This document shows positions 48,861 through 59,534 of a stretch of DNA of 64,000 bases, piece by piece. This DNA is from Candidatus Magasanikiibacteriota bacterium. GTDB lineage: Bacteria; Patescibacteriota; Patescibacteriia; Magasanikbacterales; UBA922. The notes below the pieces were generated by a model. It was not told the origin of the DNA and searched no databases. It saw only the letters and a program-made list of their open reading frames with translations. The stretch is taken from NCBI GenBank assembly GCA_018651085.1, contig JABIEQ010000002.1:87783-151782 (forward strand), in the 5' to 3' direction. The translations under genes and the position numbers were made by a program. Position 1 is the first letter of the stretch, and every line of letters begins with the position of its first letter.

Positions 48861-49220
48861 ATGAGCTTTGATTTTGCTCATATTTTACCAATAACTGCAG
48901 CGCTTGCGCTCGTATGGGTAACAATATTTTTATGTGTTCTTTTATATCAGGCTGCGCGTGTTCTTCGTAATGCTAATAACATTATTGAAAATCTTACGCA
49001 TAAGCTTGAACTTATCGTTGAAGCGGTTGAGTTTATTAAAGAACGAGTTGATGGGATGACAAGTCGTATGGGTGTGTTAAGTGGTGTTGCAACAAAACTT
49101 GTGGATTCGTTTGTAATGGGCCCCATAAAAAGTAAATTGAATGCAAAAATATCTGCTAAAATGAAAGCGCCACCTCCTAAGCGGAAGAAATCAACGGCAA
49201 AGACCAAAAAGAAAAAATAA
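48861..49220 (+). CDS. Small membrane-anchored protein with a Lys-rich C-terminal tail
   Basis: 119 aa, N-terminal TM, ends KAPPPKRKKSTAKTKKKK; terminator at 49232-49262. Confidence 0.4.
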   Translation: MSFDFAHILPITAALALVWVTIFLCVLLYQAARVLRNANNIIENLTHKLELIVEAVEFIKERVDGMTSRMGVLSGVATKLVDSFVMGPIKSKLNAKISAKMKAPPPKRKKSTAKTKKKK

Positions 49221-49299
49221 CCTTTTTAGTTAACACACCTTATATATGAGGTGTGTTTTTTTATATCCCTTTTTATCTTGTGTTATACTATGTATTAGT

Positions 49300-50487
49300 A
49301 TGAAAGATATATTGCGTCATTTTTTTGTTCCTCATAAGGAAAATGGGTATCATCCGCACGTGCTTCATCCTAAACGAGCCGTGTTTTATAGTATGGTTTT
49401 TTGCGCTATAAAAGGAGTGCTTGTTTTGTGTGCATTACTTTTACCTACGACAGCTTTTTTATCTGATGATTTTTTTAAAGGAGAAGAGGAGATTTTATAT
49501 ACTCTTACGAATGAACTTCGTGCTTCTCAAGGGGTAGCAACTCTTGGTGTTGATGAACTTTTAGCTACGTCGGCTATGCTTAAGGCTGAAGATATGGCTA
49601 CAAAAGGATATTTTAGTCATGTTGGTCCAGATGGAAGGGGATTGGCATCTTTTTTATCAGAAGCAGAATATGATTATGGTGTTGCTGGGGAAAATTTAGG
49701 AATGGGTTTTTATGATGCTCTGTCGTTATTTCGTGCGTGGGTTAATAGTGAAACACATTATGCAAATTTGATTGATGGTTCTTTTGACGAGGTCGGTTTT
49801 GCTATTCGTTCTGGTGTGTTTGAAGGAAAACAGGTGACGTATGTTGTGCAGCATTTTGGGACGACTGCTGACGCTTTACCTGCTAAGATTGCTGCTGAAC
49901 GTATTCATAGTGTTGTGGTTGCTCCACAAGAGAACGGAGTTTCTTCGTCGTATCCTTTTGTTTGGAACGCAACGGACACCATTGTGAAAGATACTTCATT
50001 TATTTCTCAAGAGTCTGTTGAAGGAGGACTTCTTCTTCGTGCTCATGTATCTTTTCTTTCTCCAATTCACTCAGCATATGTAAAAGCGCATTCTACTATT
50101 ATTCCTTTATCTTTTGACGAAGACCTTCAAATGTATACAGGTGCTTATATGGTGGATCTACCTCCTGAAGGTACTTTTTCTGGTGTTGTTCCTGCAACAC
50201 TTCATGTTGTTGATGCCTCTCAAAATGTTCGCGTATATCCACTTTTGTGGAAAGAAGTTTCTCCAGGTGTTATTTCCTCAGTTCAACAGTATTTTTTAGC
50301 AAAACGTGATGGGTCTCCACTTGCTCCGTTATTTTTGGTTTCTCAGTGGATCTATGGTCTTTGTACATTATTTTTCATTATCATCCTTGGAGTGAAGGTG
50401 TTTGTGCATATTCGTCATCAGCATTATCATGTCATTGGGCAGACGCTTGGCCTCCTTTTTCTGCTGGGAACGTTCTTTTTTATATAA
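49300..50487 (+). CDS. Secreted CAP/SCP/PR1-like domain protein with a C-terminal TM anchor
   Basis: GYFSHVGPDG...ETHYANLIDGSFDEVGFAI CAP-like blocks; the start is placed at the MKDILRHFF Met downstream of the terminator. Confidence 0.5.
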   Translation: MKDILRHFFVPHKENGYHPHVLHPKRAVFYSMVFCAIKGVLVLCALLLPTTAFLSDDFFKGEEEILYTLTNELRASQGVATLGVDELLATSAMLKAEDMATKGYFSHVGPDGRGLASFLSEAEYDYGVAGENLGMGFYDALSLFRAWVNSETHYANLIDGSFDEVGFAIRSGVFEGKQVTYVVQHFGTTADALPAKIAAERIHSVVVAPQENGVSSSYPFVWNATDTIVKDTSFISQESVEGGLLLRAHVSFLSPIHSAYVKAHSTIIPLSFDEDLQMYTGAYMVDLPPEGTFSGVVPATLHVVDASQNVRVYPLLWKEVSPGVISSVQQYFLAKRDGSPLAPLFLVSQWIYGLCTLFFIIILGVKVFVHIRHQHYHVIGQTLGLLFLLGTFFFI

Positions 50488-50589
50488 ATAGTAATAAAAG
50501 TAGCTTTTTTAAACAAACCCTTTATTTTTAGGGGTTTATTTTGGTATTTTTTGACTTTTTTCCTTGCATTGTTATAGTACCTTTAGAAT

Positions 50590-51507
50590 GTGTATAACAA
50601 TATATATATGGATGTATTTCAGCAGGGGCTCTATTTTGGTAGTTATTTCGTTTTCCCTTTTCTTTTATGGTGTATATATCGCTATACCGTAAAGCGATCA
50701 CGCATTGTATTGTTTCTCTTTGTCCTTTCTCTTTTATTTGTTGATATGCGTTTTATTGAGCCTAATATTGTGATTACTCGAGAAGAGTCGTTTTCTTTTA
50801 GTGCTCATGGTGAAAATGAAGGAACTGAAGTACGTATGGCTTTATTATCCGATATCCATCTTGGGGTATATAGAGGAAAGCGTTTTTTTGCAAAAACTAT
50901 TGACACTGTCATTGCTTCGAATCCTGATATTGTGCTTATTCCTGGAGATTTTATTTATTATATATCTTCTGAAGAACTCGTTATTTTATTTGAAGAATTT
51001 TCTAGAATTGATGTTCCTATATATGCCGTCACAGGAAATCATGATGCTGGGTATCCCGGACCATATACGAGTTCTGAGATACGACGTGCTATTAGTGCTT
51101 CTGGTGTGATATTTTTAGATAACGATATTACCTCTATTGATGTAAAAGGAAAGAAGCTTCGTTTAGTAGGTTTAAGTGATCTTTGGGAAGGGGATACAAA
51201 TTACAGTGTGTTAAAAAATATTCGTCCAGAAGATAATGCTATTGTTATTGCTCATAATCCTGACACTGTGTATGACTTTCCGTCATATGATGCTGATTTG
51301 GTAGTATCAGGTCATACGCATGGGGGGCAGATTCGGATTCCTTTTTTGTATAAACGTGCTATTCCTTCATCATATGGTTTTGATAAAGGGTGGTATGATG
51401 TTGAATCATTGAAAGTGTATGTTACGAGTGGTCTTGGTATTATTGGTCTTCCACTTCGTTTTTTAAATCTTCCTGAGGTTGTGCTTATATCTTCTCAAGT
51501 GTATTAG
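50590..51507 (+). CDS. Membrane-anchored calcineurin-like metallophosphoesterase
   Basis: SDIHLG, GDF, GNHD, GHTHGG motif series. Confidence 0.8.
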   Translation: MYNNIYMDVFQQGLYFGSYFVFPFLLWCIYRYTVKRSRIVLFLFVLSLLFVDMRFIEPNIVITREESFSFSAHGENEGTEVRMALLSDIHLGVYRGKRFFAKTIDTVIASNPDIVLIPGDFIYYISSEELVILFEEFSRIDVPIYAVTGNHDAGYPGPYTSSEIRRAISASGVIFLDNDITSIDVKGKKLRLVGLSDLWEGDTNYSVLKNIRPEDNAIVIAHNPDTVYDFPSYDADLVVSGHTHGGQIRIPFLYKRAIPSSYGFDKGWYDVESLKVYVTSGLGIIGLPLRFLNLPEVVLISSQVY

Positions 51508-51531
51508 CAGTGTATGATTATATGCAAACGT

Positions 51532-54500
51532 ATGGTGGGGATTCGTTTGACTGGAGTTATTGTACTATGTGCTCTTCTTTTTCCTATTCAAGTATTTGCG
51601 TCTTTAGAATTTAAGACGTCTATTGATACTGACTTAATTACTCTTCCTGAAGATGTTCATGAGTATAATCGTTTGTTTGAAGAATATCTTTCTCAAGAAA
51701 AGAATAGTGAGTTGTCTTTTCTTAAAGTTAAAGAGCGTTCTTTAATAGATCCTATCGTTCAAAAACACTTTCGTGATGGTCTTTTAATAAATGATGTCAA
51801 AGAACAGATTGATGCTGCTTCTTTATTTACTGATTTATCTGTACAGCAACCAGTTTTTCCCATATATAAGCATGCATTACCATTATCTCCTTTTTTATCA
51901 CCATCCGTTTCATCGTTGTCTTCGTTAGATCGATATTTATTTTCTCCTTTAATAAAAAATGCAGGGGGTTCTTCTTTTGATAATGCTTCTTTATCTTTTT
52001 TTACTATTCCATCTGTCCATGCTGATGATGATTTATTGATACCATATTATACAGATATTGAGACTTCTCCAGTTGATTTTCTTCTTTATTATATTTCTCA
52101 GTATCAAAATAGCGATGGGAGTGTTGGTAATTCTCGACAATATGAGTTTACTGTTCGTTTAGCTATGATATTAAGTCAGTTTCAAAAGACTGATAATGAT
52201 CAATATACACTCATGCTTGGTTATCTTCGTGATACTGAACCAGTGACTGTGAGGGAAAAAGCATTACAAGTACGCTTTTTGATGCATATTGGTGACCCTT
52301 ATGAAGATATTCTTCATGAAATTACGTCACTACAAAAAAATGATGGGGGTTTTCCTCTTTCTCCTTCACTTGATGTGAGTGATATTGAAACGACTCTTGA
52401 GGTTGCGCTTTCTTTTTTAGCAGCTGACCATGGACTTGATGATTCTTTGCCTTTGGCACTTTATTATGTTGTTTCTTCGATTCCTGAAGATGGTGGTATG
52501 TTTTATGGGCGTGATGCATTGTATAGTGATCCAAATTATCCACTTATAAATAAGACCGTACAAATGTTACAACCATTTGAAGCGTTTACTCTTCGAATTA
52601 ATAATGAAGATGTTGTGATATCTGAAATTATTGATTCTTTGTTTTCTTTTGTTGTAGGTGGGTATGAAGAAAATAGTGGGTTTTCTTCTCATGGTTTTTT
52701 TAATGATGTTAGTACGCTTTATACATTGCATGTGTATGGTGAGTATAATGATTTATATACATTTCTTTTTGATACAAGTAAATCTTATCAAAAGGTAGAT
52801 GGATCAGTGGGTGCTTCTTTTGAAGAAATTTTAGTATCTCTTCAGGGCTTTTCTCAACCTGATCTTGTTGTATCTGATATGCAATTTGTGGGGGATAGGA
52901 TAAGTGGGGAAGATGCGTCTATGCGTATAACTATTCAAAACAATGGATACGTCCGTCCAAAAGATGGGATACTTCATGTGTTTGTTGATAATGTTGACAT
53001 TGGACTTCAGCTTTCTTTATCTCAATCTGATGTAGAGGCTCTTTCTTTTAGAAATAGTCATACTATTGTTTTTGATATTCCTTTTTCATATACGAAACGA
53101 TTTTTAGGGAACACATCTTTTCAAGTGTATCTTGAGTCTAAAAATGATATGACACCAATTGATAATTGGTTATCGAGGTCTTTTTCTTTTGCTTCATCAA
53201 TTGATAGTTCTCCATCTTTCCCACTATATTATTCAGCGTTTGCTTCATCATTTCAGGGTGGTCCTTCTTTGACTTTTTCTTTATATGATCGAGAAGATCA
53301 AAACCGGGTGGGGTATGTATTAGGAGTACGTGAACTTGGTGAAGAAACTTGGTCTACATATGTAGTAAATGTTGAACAATATATTGTTGGAGGAATATTT
53401 TCTGAAGGGACTACCTATGAAGTCATTGTAGGAGTATTTGGAGATAATCAAGAAGTATTATTTTTTCCCGAAGAAGAGATTACAACTATTCGTATGAGTG
53501 CTACGCCTGAAATATATGAAGGGAGTATAAAAGGGGATGTTCGTGTTGATAATCTATTGTCTTCCCCTCAAATATTTGTGCAGGGTGGATCATCTATATA
53601 TGTAGAAAATGGTGAATTTGAGGCAAGGGTGCCAAATGGTTCTATTATGGCTTGGGTACAGGAAGATCAATATGATGCGGTGCGCTATCGATTTAATGTA
53701 TCTTCTGCTGAAATTGTTGACGATGCTCGACTGTTTTCTCACTTATCGTTTGATGATGAGTCGCCTACCATAACAAGTTTTGGGTTATCTCCTTTTTTTG
53801 ATGGAGTTCTTTTTAATCAGGGTATTGTAACTATGACGGTGCAAGCTCAAGATACTTTGGCACTTGATTCTGTTGATATTTTTTATTTTGATCCGGATGA
53901 ATCACTATGGTTGTATGTAACAACGGCTTCTTTTTTAGGAGAGCAATCACGTATTGATTGGTTTGTCCCACATACTTTTTTAGGAGAAGGGTATCAGTTT
54001 CGTGCAATTGCTCGGGATTTTAGAGGGAATGTATCTATTCCATTTGATGTGGATGTCACATCTATTCGTGATGGAACTCCACCTTCTTTTTCATTTAGTA
54101 CTCCTGTTAGTAGTACTGTGTGGCAGTTGGGGGAAGAGCATTCTATTTCTTGGGAAACACAAGCTATTAATAATGTTAATGATGTTACTATTGATCTTTT
54201 GTATGGAGAATACGTTGAGCCTATTTATCGGTCTCGTGAAAATACAGGGGAGTATCTTTGGTCTATTCCGTATGACATGTCTTACGCATCTGACGATGTG
54301 TATCTTCGTGTGTCAGGAGAAGATAATGAAAATTATCGTCTTGGTGTTCAATATACAACATCTTCTTTTCATATTGTTGATCCATCTTCTTTTGTAGATG
54401 CCCCTTGGGGAAATCCTGTCGTTGTAACAGATACTCTTCGTGATGAGTTTTATGGTGGACGATATTATGACGTTGTAAGTGCTTATGACGATGCTGGTAT

Positions 54501-56919
54501 TCTTCATGTAGTGTATCAATTTATTCGTGACGAGTTAGGTGATACACGTATACTTACGCAACAATTACATTATCTTACTTTTTTTGAAAATACATGGTCT
54601 TCCCCTCAGATTATATTTGAAGAACAAATTGAAACAGATAATTCTCTTACAGGGTATCGATCTATTAGTGATATGCAAATGCTTGTGGGCACTGACGCTT
54701 TTCCACGATTGCTTTGGCGGCAGGGACTTAGTCAAGGTTGTGAGTCTTTGAACACTCAAGATATCTTTTTTATGGAATATGTAGGTGACACTTGGTCTGA
54801 TGTTATGAATGTGTCTTCTAATGAAACTGATTCTCGTCAACCAGATATGACTATTAGTGATATGGGTGTGGTTACATTTATTTGGTCTGATGGTCCGGCT
54901 TGGACAGAGACCTGTGATTTTATTGGTGAACAAGGGTTGTCTTATGTGTCTTATGATAATGGTGAATGGGGAAGTATGACATCTCTTTTTGAAGGAACAT
55001 ATCCAAGTAAACCGCAACTTGTTTCATTAGGTGGAAATGATATTGATGTTGTGTATAGAAGTGGGGATGTTGGGGAACTTGCTCATGTTCGTTTTTCTAA
55101 TAATGCATGGTCTCTTCCAGATTATTTTATGAGTGCACGATCTGAAACACCGCAACTTGTTTTAGGAGAAAATGGAACACTTCATTATGTATTTCGTGAA
55201 TTTCATTTTCGTACTCAACCTGTACGTAGTCGTATTGTATATGCTTATTTTGATGGGGATCATTGGTCAACGGAAGAAGTATCGCCCATTGTAGACGGGT
55301 ATGAGGTGTTTTATCCGTCTATTATGCTTGATGGTACAAATAGTCCATATATTATGTATGAACGTCGTAATACTGAGAATCAGCGGCGTGATGGGGTGTT
55401 TTTGAGCCAATCTCCGGGTGGAGAATGGCTTACACCTATATCTATACAAAGGGACTCTCAATTTCTTACCTCTGGTACATTAAATACAAATATAAGCTCT
55501 CTTGGCCAGGTGTCTGCTTTATGGCTGGGGTCATATCAATTTCATCCAGAGATATTTTATAATCAGGCAGATGTTTCTCGTGGAGATTCCACCATAAGAT
55601 CATTTGGGGTGTCAGAAAATGTTATATTTACTAATAGTAGCGCAACACAAACTATACAATTTGTATTAGATGATGCTCGAGATGTCGATGAAGTTCGTTT
55701 TTTGTGTAATCATCGATATCATCGTGAACAAGATAATCCTGCTTGTGGGTATATACAGATTGTACGTGATCCTGATACTTATGAATATACTCCTCAATTG
55801 TATACGGCAGGTTTTGGAAATGATGTCATGGATTTAAAGATGGATGATTTTTCTTATACGTATCATCATGATGGTTCTCTTTCTTTTTCTATTCCTTTTA
55901 CACTTTCTCCAGCATTTGGTGAATATACTAATAATATTTTTTCTGTTATTTGGTATGAACATGAAAATGAGTATGTTCGTGGATGGTTTGCAAGCCCTGA
56001 GCGGTTTGATACGTATCTTGACGAAAATGTTCTTCCTCCACCTGTTGTTGGTGAGATTTCTTTTTTAAAGGATACTGTTTTAGCAAATGATAGTGATATA
56101 CAGTTTAGTACTGTTACATTTCAATATGGTGAGCCCGTTGATGAGTTTCGATTGTATATAAATCATGACTGGTACGCTGATAACGATAATCCACGTGGGG
56201 GGCTTTTCTTGTGGCGACGTGAGGATGATGTATTTATGGAATTAGGTGGAAATAATTATGGAGGAGATATCGTTACTCTTTTACCTGAGTTATCTTCTTC
56301 TTTTTTGGATGAAGATACACATGAACGTACTATCGTATTTGCTTGGAGTTTGTCTCCTACGTACCCACAAACAGAAGGGCATACTCTTTCTTATCTCTGG
56401 CAAGATCTGGATATTGCATATTCTTCTGGGTGGAAACATTTATTAGATGAATCGTTTCGTGTTGTATCTGATGATGATTATATTCCACCAGCTCTTCTTG
56501 ACTCAGTACAAGTATTGAAAGAATTTGTAGCACGAAATAATATAGATACTCAAGAAGTTACGTTTGTATTTTCTTCTGGTGAACAGGTGGACGATGTTCG
56601 ATTATATATTAATCATGATTGGTATCCTGATAACGATAATCCACGTGGTGGCCTTTTTATTTGGCGACGAGAAAGTAATAGTTTTTCTGAGCTTGGTGGA
56701 AATAATTATGGATCTCAATTGGTTACTCTTTTGCCTGATTCTCACGTTGTCATTGATGAAGAAAGTGGGGAAGTGCGTGTTACATTTATTTGGTCTATTT
56801 TATCTGATTATCCTATTTCTTTTAATAATACATTATCTTATTTATGGCAGGATAGTGATATATCCTATTCTTCAAATTGGAAACATGTAGAGGGCCAACA
56901 TTTTTCCATTATTGATTAG
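51532..56919 (+). CDS. Giant secreted/surface protein (~1796 aa): N-terminal signal peptide, region with repeated DG(S/G) alpha/alpha-toroid-like motifs, and three C-terminal tandem ~150-aa repeats
   Basis: signal MVGIRLTGVIVLCALLFPIQVFAS; repeats NHDWY(A/P)DNDNPRGGLF(L/I)WRRE...TLSYLWQD(L/S)DI(A/S)YSS(G/N)WKH at about 56070-56500 and 56520-56919, plus a diverged copy at about 55620-56050. Confidence 0.6.
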   Translation: MVGIRLTGVIVLCALLFPIQVFASLEFKTSIDTDLITLPEDVHEYNRLFEEYLSQEKNSELSFLKVKERSLIDPIVQKHFRDGLLINDVKEQIDAASLFTDLSVQQPVFPIYKHALPLSPFLSPSVSSLSSLDRYLFSPLIKNAGGSSFDNASLSFFTIPSVHADDDLLIPYYTDIETSPVDFLLYYISQYQNSDGSVGNSRQYEFTVRLAMILSQFQKTDNDQYTLMLGYLRDTEPVTVREKALQVRFLMHIGDPYEDILHEITSLQKNDGGFPLSPSLDVSDIETTLEVALSFLAADHGLDDSLPLALYYVVSSIPEDGGMFYGRDALYSDPNYPLINKTVQMLQPFEAFTLRINNEDVVISEIIDSLFSFVVGGYEENSGFSSHGFFNDVSTLYTLHVYGEYNDLYTFLFDTSKSYQKVDGSVGASFEEILVSLQGFSQPDLVVSDMQFVGDRISGEDASMRITIQNNGYVRPKDGILHVFVDNVDIGLQLSLSQSDVEALSFRNSHTIVFDIPFSYTKRFLGNTSFQVYLESKNDMTPIDNWLSRSFSFASSIDSSPSFPLYYSAFASSFQGGPSLTFSLYDREDQNRVGYVLGVRELGEETWSTYVVNVEQYIVGGIFSEGTTYEVIVGVFGDNQEVLFFPEEEITTIRMSATPEIYEGSIKGDVRVDNLLSSPQIFVQGGSSIYVENGEFEARVPNGSIMAWVQEDQYDAVRYRFNVSSAEIVDDARLFSHLSFDDESPTITSFGLSPFFDGVLFNQGIVTMTVQAQDTLALDSVDIFYFDPDESLWLYVTTASFLGEQSRIDWFVPHTFLGEGYQFRAIARDFRGNVSIPFDVDVTSIRDGTPPSFSFSTPVSSTVWQLGEEHSISWETQAINNVNDVTIDLLYGEYVEPIYRSRENTGEYLWSIPYDMSYASDDVYLRVSGEDNENYRLGVQYTTSSFHIVDPSSFVDAPWGNPVVVTDTLRDEFYGGRYYDVVSAYDDAGILHVVYQFIRDELGDTRILTQQLHYLTFFENTWSSPQIIFEEQIETDNSLTGYRSISDMQMLVGTDAFPRLLWRQGLSQGCESLNTQDIFFMEYVGDTWSDVMNVSSNETDSRQPDMTISDMGVVTFIWSDGPAWTETCDFIGEQGLSYVSYDNGEWGSMTSLFEGTYPSKPQLVSLGGNDIDVVYRSGDVGELAHVRFSNNAWSLPDYFMSARSETPQLVLGENGTLHYVFREFHFRTQPVRSRIVYAYFDGDHWSTEEVSPIVDGYEVFYPSIMLDGTNSPYIMYERRNTENQRRDGVFLSQSPGGEWLTPISIQRDSQFLTSGTLNTNISSLGQVSALWLGSYQFHPEIFYNQADVSRGDSTIRSFGVSENVIFTNSSATQTIQFVLDDARDVDEVRFLCNHRYHREQDNPACGYIQIVRDPDTYEYTPQLYTAGFGNDVMDLKMDDFSYTYHHDGSLSFSIPFTLSPAFGEYTNNIFSVIWYEHENEYVRGWFASPERFDTYLDENVLPPPVVGEISFLKDTVLANDSDIQFSTVTFQYGEPVDEFRLYINHDWYADNDNPRGGLFLWRREDDVFMELGGNNYGGDIVTLLPELSSSFLDEDTHERTIVFAWSLSPTYPQTEGHTLSYLWQDLDIAYSSGWKHLLDESFRVVSDDDYIPPALLDSVQVLKEFVARNNIDTQEVTFVFSSGEQVDDVRLYINHDWYPDNDNPRGGLFIWRRESNSFSELGGNNYGSQLVTLLPDSHVVIDEESGEVRVTFIWSILSDYPISFNNTLSYLWQDSDISYSSNWKHVEGQHFSIID

Positions 56920-56989
56920 GTATATCTATTTGATATATGATTTTTTTCTGTTTTTTGGCTAAAATATGGGTGTTTTTTGGTTATTTCTC

Positions 56990-57018
56990 TTGACAAAATC
57001 ATCAATATGTGAGATACT
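56990..57018 (+). promoter_or_regulatory. Sigma70 promoter of deaD (TTGACA-N17-GATACT) with a ~110-nt 5' UTR
   Basis: cttgacaaaatcatcaatatgtgagatact seen directly. Confidence 0.45.
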
Positions 57019-57127
57019 GCGGTCGCTAGTTTATAATGGTTTGCCGCATACATATTTTAGGGAAAATATAGGTGGCACACTTATCGTATACGAGTGTCAC
57101 TTAATTTACCTATAATATTGCACCTTT

Positions 57128-58846
57128 ATGGCAACATTTATAGAGCTGGGTCTCAACCCAGCCATTCTTCAGGCGCTTACTGACCTTGGGTTTAGTGAAC
57201 CAACGCCTATTCAACAAAAGAGTATTCCTCATATTTTAACGAATACTCAAGACCTTATTGCCTTTGCTCAGACGGGTACAGGAAAAACGGCAGCATTTTG
57301 TTTGCCGGTTATTCATAATATTGATGAGACATCAAACGAGGTACAAGCCCTTGTTCTTTGCCCTACACGGGAATTGTGTCTTCAAATTACTAAAGACATT
57401 ACGTCTTTTACAAAGCATATGCCAAATGTTGGTGTTGTTGCAGTGTACGGGGGAGACCCAGTATATAAACAACTCCAAGCATTAAAGAAAAAACCGCAAA
57501 TTGTTGTGGGTACTCCGGGTCGTGTTGCTGACTTTGTTCGAAAAAACAAAGTTGATTTTAGTACAGTTCGTTTTGCTATTCTTGACGAAGCTGATGAAAT
57601 GTTGAACATGGGATTTAAAGAAGAGCTTGATCAAATCTTGGGAGCTACTCCTAAAGATAAGCAAACACTTCTTTTTTCTGCAACCATGCCAAAAACTGTT
57701 GATCGTATTGCGAAAAAATACATGAACAATCCTTTAGAAATTTCTGTTGCAGGTAGAAATCAAGGAGCTTCTAACGTGAGCCATGTGTATTATCAAGCGC
57801 ATCCACGTGATAGGTATCATGTGCTTCGCCGTATTGTAGATATGAATTCTGATATGTATGGTATCGTATTTTGTCGAACAAGAAACGATTGTAAGGAACT
57901 TGTGACAAAGCTTGTAGGAGATAGTTATGCAGCTGAAGCTATTCATGGGGAATTAGATCAAAATCAACGAGAAAAGGTTATGACTCGTTTTCGTAAGCAA
58001 AAAACTAAGTTGCTTATTGCAACGGATGTTGCTGCTCGTGGTATTGATGTAAAAAATCTTACACATGTTATCAATTTTGCTCTTCCTGATCAACTTGAAA
58101 GTTATGTTCATAGAAGTGGAAGAACTGGTCGAGCTGGAAATGATGGTGTATCAATTGCTTTTGTCTCAAATCGAGAACTTCGAAGTATTGGTACTCTTGA
58201 GCGACATATGAATAAAAAATTTGAACGTGGAATGATTCCAACGGGAGAAGATGTATGTAAAAAACAGCTTTTTGAGCTTATTGAAAAAGTGAAAGCCGTT
58301 GATGTTGATGAGTCACACATTGATACATATCTTGAAGAAGTATATGAAAAATTGTCTCATTTTGACCGTGAAACTATTATTAAAAACTTTGTATCTTTAG
58401 AATTTAGTCGCGTGTTATCTTTTTATAAAGGTGCAAGAGACTTGAATGGCTCACAATCATCAAGACGAGATGATCGATCAGTGGGAAATAAAGATTTAAA
58501 AACCCTTAAGGTAAATTTAGGAAAAAAAGATGCCTTTAAGGTTGTTGACTTGTTTGGACTTTTAAATCGGCATAGAAAGTTAAAGGGAGCAAAAGTTGGA
58601 AATATTCATATCCAAGAATCAAGTACGTTATTTGAAATTGATCAATCTCTTGTAAATGAGATTTTGATTTGTTTTAATAAGGCGCATTTTAATAGACGAA
58701 AAGTGATTGTTGGGGAAGGTGAACAGATTCAACGATATGCCCCTTCTCGTGAGCGATCACGTCATAGTCGTGGATCTTCTCGACGACGTGCAACAAGCCC
58801 TTCTCGTACCCGTGGAAATTATAAACAATCACGCGGACGACGATAA
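57128..58846 (+). CDS. deaD: DEAD-box ATP-dependent RNA helicase with DbpA-like C-terminal domain and R/S-rich tail
   Basis: Q motif, AQTGTGKT, DEAD, SAT, HRSGRTGRAG. Confidence 0.93.
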   Translation: MATFIELGLNPAILQALTDLGFSEPTPIQQKSIPHILTNTQDLIAFAQTGTGKTAAFCLPVIHNIDETSNEVQALVLCPTRELCLQITKDITSFTKHMPNVGVVAVYGGDPVYKQLQALKKKPQIVVGTPGRVADFVRKNKVDFSTVRFAILDEADEMLNMGFKEELDQILGATPKDKQTLLFSATMPKTVDRIAKKYMNNPLEISVAGRNQGASNVSHVYYQAHPRDRYHVLRRIVDMNSDMYGIVFCRTRNDCKELVTKLVGDSYAAEAIHGELDQNQREKVMTRFRKQKTKLLIATDVAARGIDVKNLTHVINFALPDQLESYVHRSGRTGRAGNDGVSIAFVSNRELRSIGTLERHMNKKFERGMIPTGEDVCKKQLFELIEKVKAVDVDESHIDTYLEEVYEKLSHFDRETIIKNFVSLEFSRVLSFYKGARDLNGSQSSRRDDRSVGNKDLKTLKVNLGKKDAFKVVDLFGLLNRHRKLKGAKVGNIHIQESSTLFEIDQSLVNEILICFNKAHFNRRKVIVGEGEQIQRYAPSRERSRHSRGSSRRRATSPSRTRGNYKQSRGRR

Positions 58847-58863
58847 AACATTTTATTTTTTAA

Positions 58864-58891
58864 AAGCCCTACATCATGTAGGGCTTTTTTT
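58864..58891 (+). terminator. Rho-independent terminator after deaD
   Basis: aagccctacatcatgtagggctt-TTTTTTT. Confidence 0.6.
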
Positions 58892-58963
58892 ATATTTGAC
58901 TGATATGTTATGTTTGTGTTAATTTATGGTTTCTTGTTCTTTCATGCTTAACGGAGGGTAAAG

Positions 58964-59398
58964 ATGCAACATTGTCCAAAATGCGCTGGGAACGTCTTGT
59001 TTGATGAATCATCAAGTGAGTGGTGGTGTTTCCACTGTGATTCTGATGGACTTAAAGGGAAGCCTGGGGTGAAGGCTTCTTCTTCTGTCGCAGAGGTCAA
59101 GTCCAGACTTGCTGCGGTGGAGTTCCAAAACCCAACGGGCAATTGGAGCTACGAAGGAGCCTACTCGGTTGAACTGACCGATCGCGCTGACATGAGCGTC
59201 GCCCCCGTGGGCAGTGAATTCCTCAAGATCGAGGGGAATCGAGTCGTCATCAGTGAAGGGCGCGCCATGCAGGGGATGGGAGGCATTCAGCTTTACGTGG
59301 AGGAATATCCCTTTTTTTTGGGATACGTCTGCCTCAAGTGCATTCGTAGAGGAGACGGCTTTCTCCTTTGGAAGAACAACAACTACGACAACATGTAG
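58964..59398 (+). CDS. Hypothetical zinc-ribbon protein in a GC-rich island (horizontal-acquisition candidate)
   Basis: strong SD GGAGGG 6 nt before the ATG; CPKC...CFHC N-terminal zinc ribbon; local GC clearly above the flanks. Confidence 0.45.
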   Translation: MQHCPKCAGNVLFDESSSEWWCFHCDSDGLKGKPGVKASSSVAEVKSRLAAVEFQNPTGNWSYEGAYSVELTDRADMSVAPVGSEFLKIEGNRVVISEGRAMQGMGGIQLYVEEYPFFLGYVCLKCIRRGDGFLLWKNNNYDNM

Positions 59399-59473
59399 GA
59401 GGACGCTGTGAAAAATTCACGAGCACCACCCTGAGAGAACGTGTTTCACGATTCAATCGGGGGACATAAAAAA

Positions 59474-59498
59474 TAACCGAATAATCGGTTATTTTTTA
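59474..59498 (+). terminator. Terminator after the zinc-ribbon ORF
   Basis: aaccgaataatcggtt-TTTTTT. Confidence 0.55.
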
Positions 59499-59526
59499 TT
59501 GACAAAAACTTTTTTTATGATATAAT
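59499..59526 (+). promoter_or_regulatory. Strong promoter with extended -10 (TTGACA-N16-TGaTATAAT)
   Basis: ttgacaaaaactttttttatgatataat seen directly. Confidence 0.5.
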
Positions 59527-59534
59527 TTTGTTTT

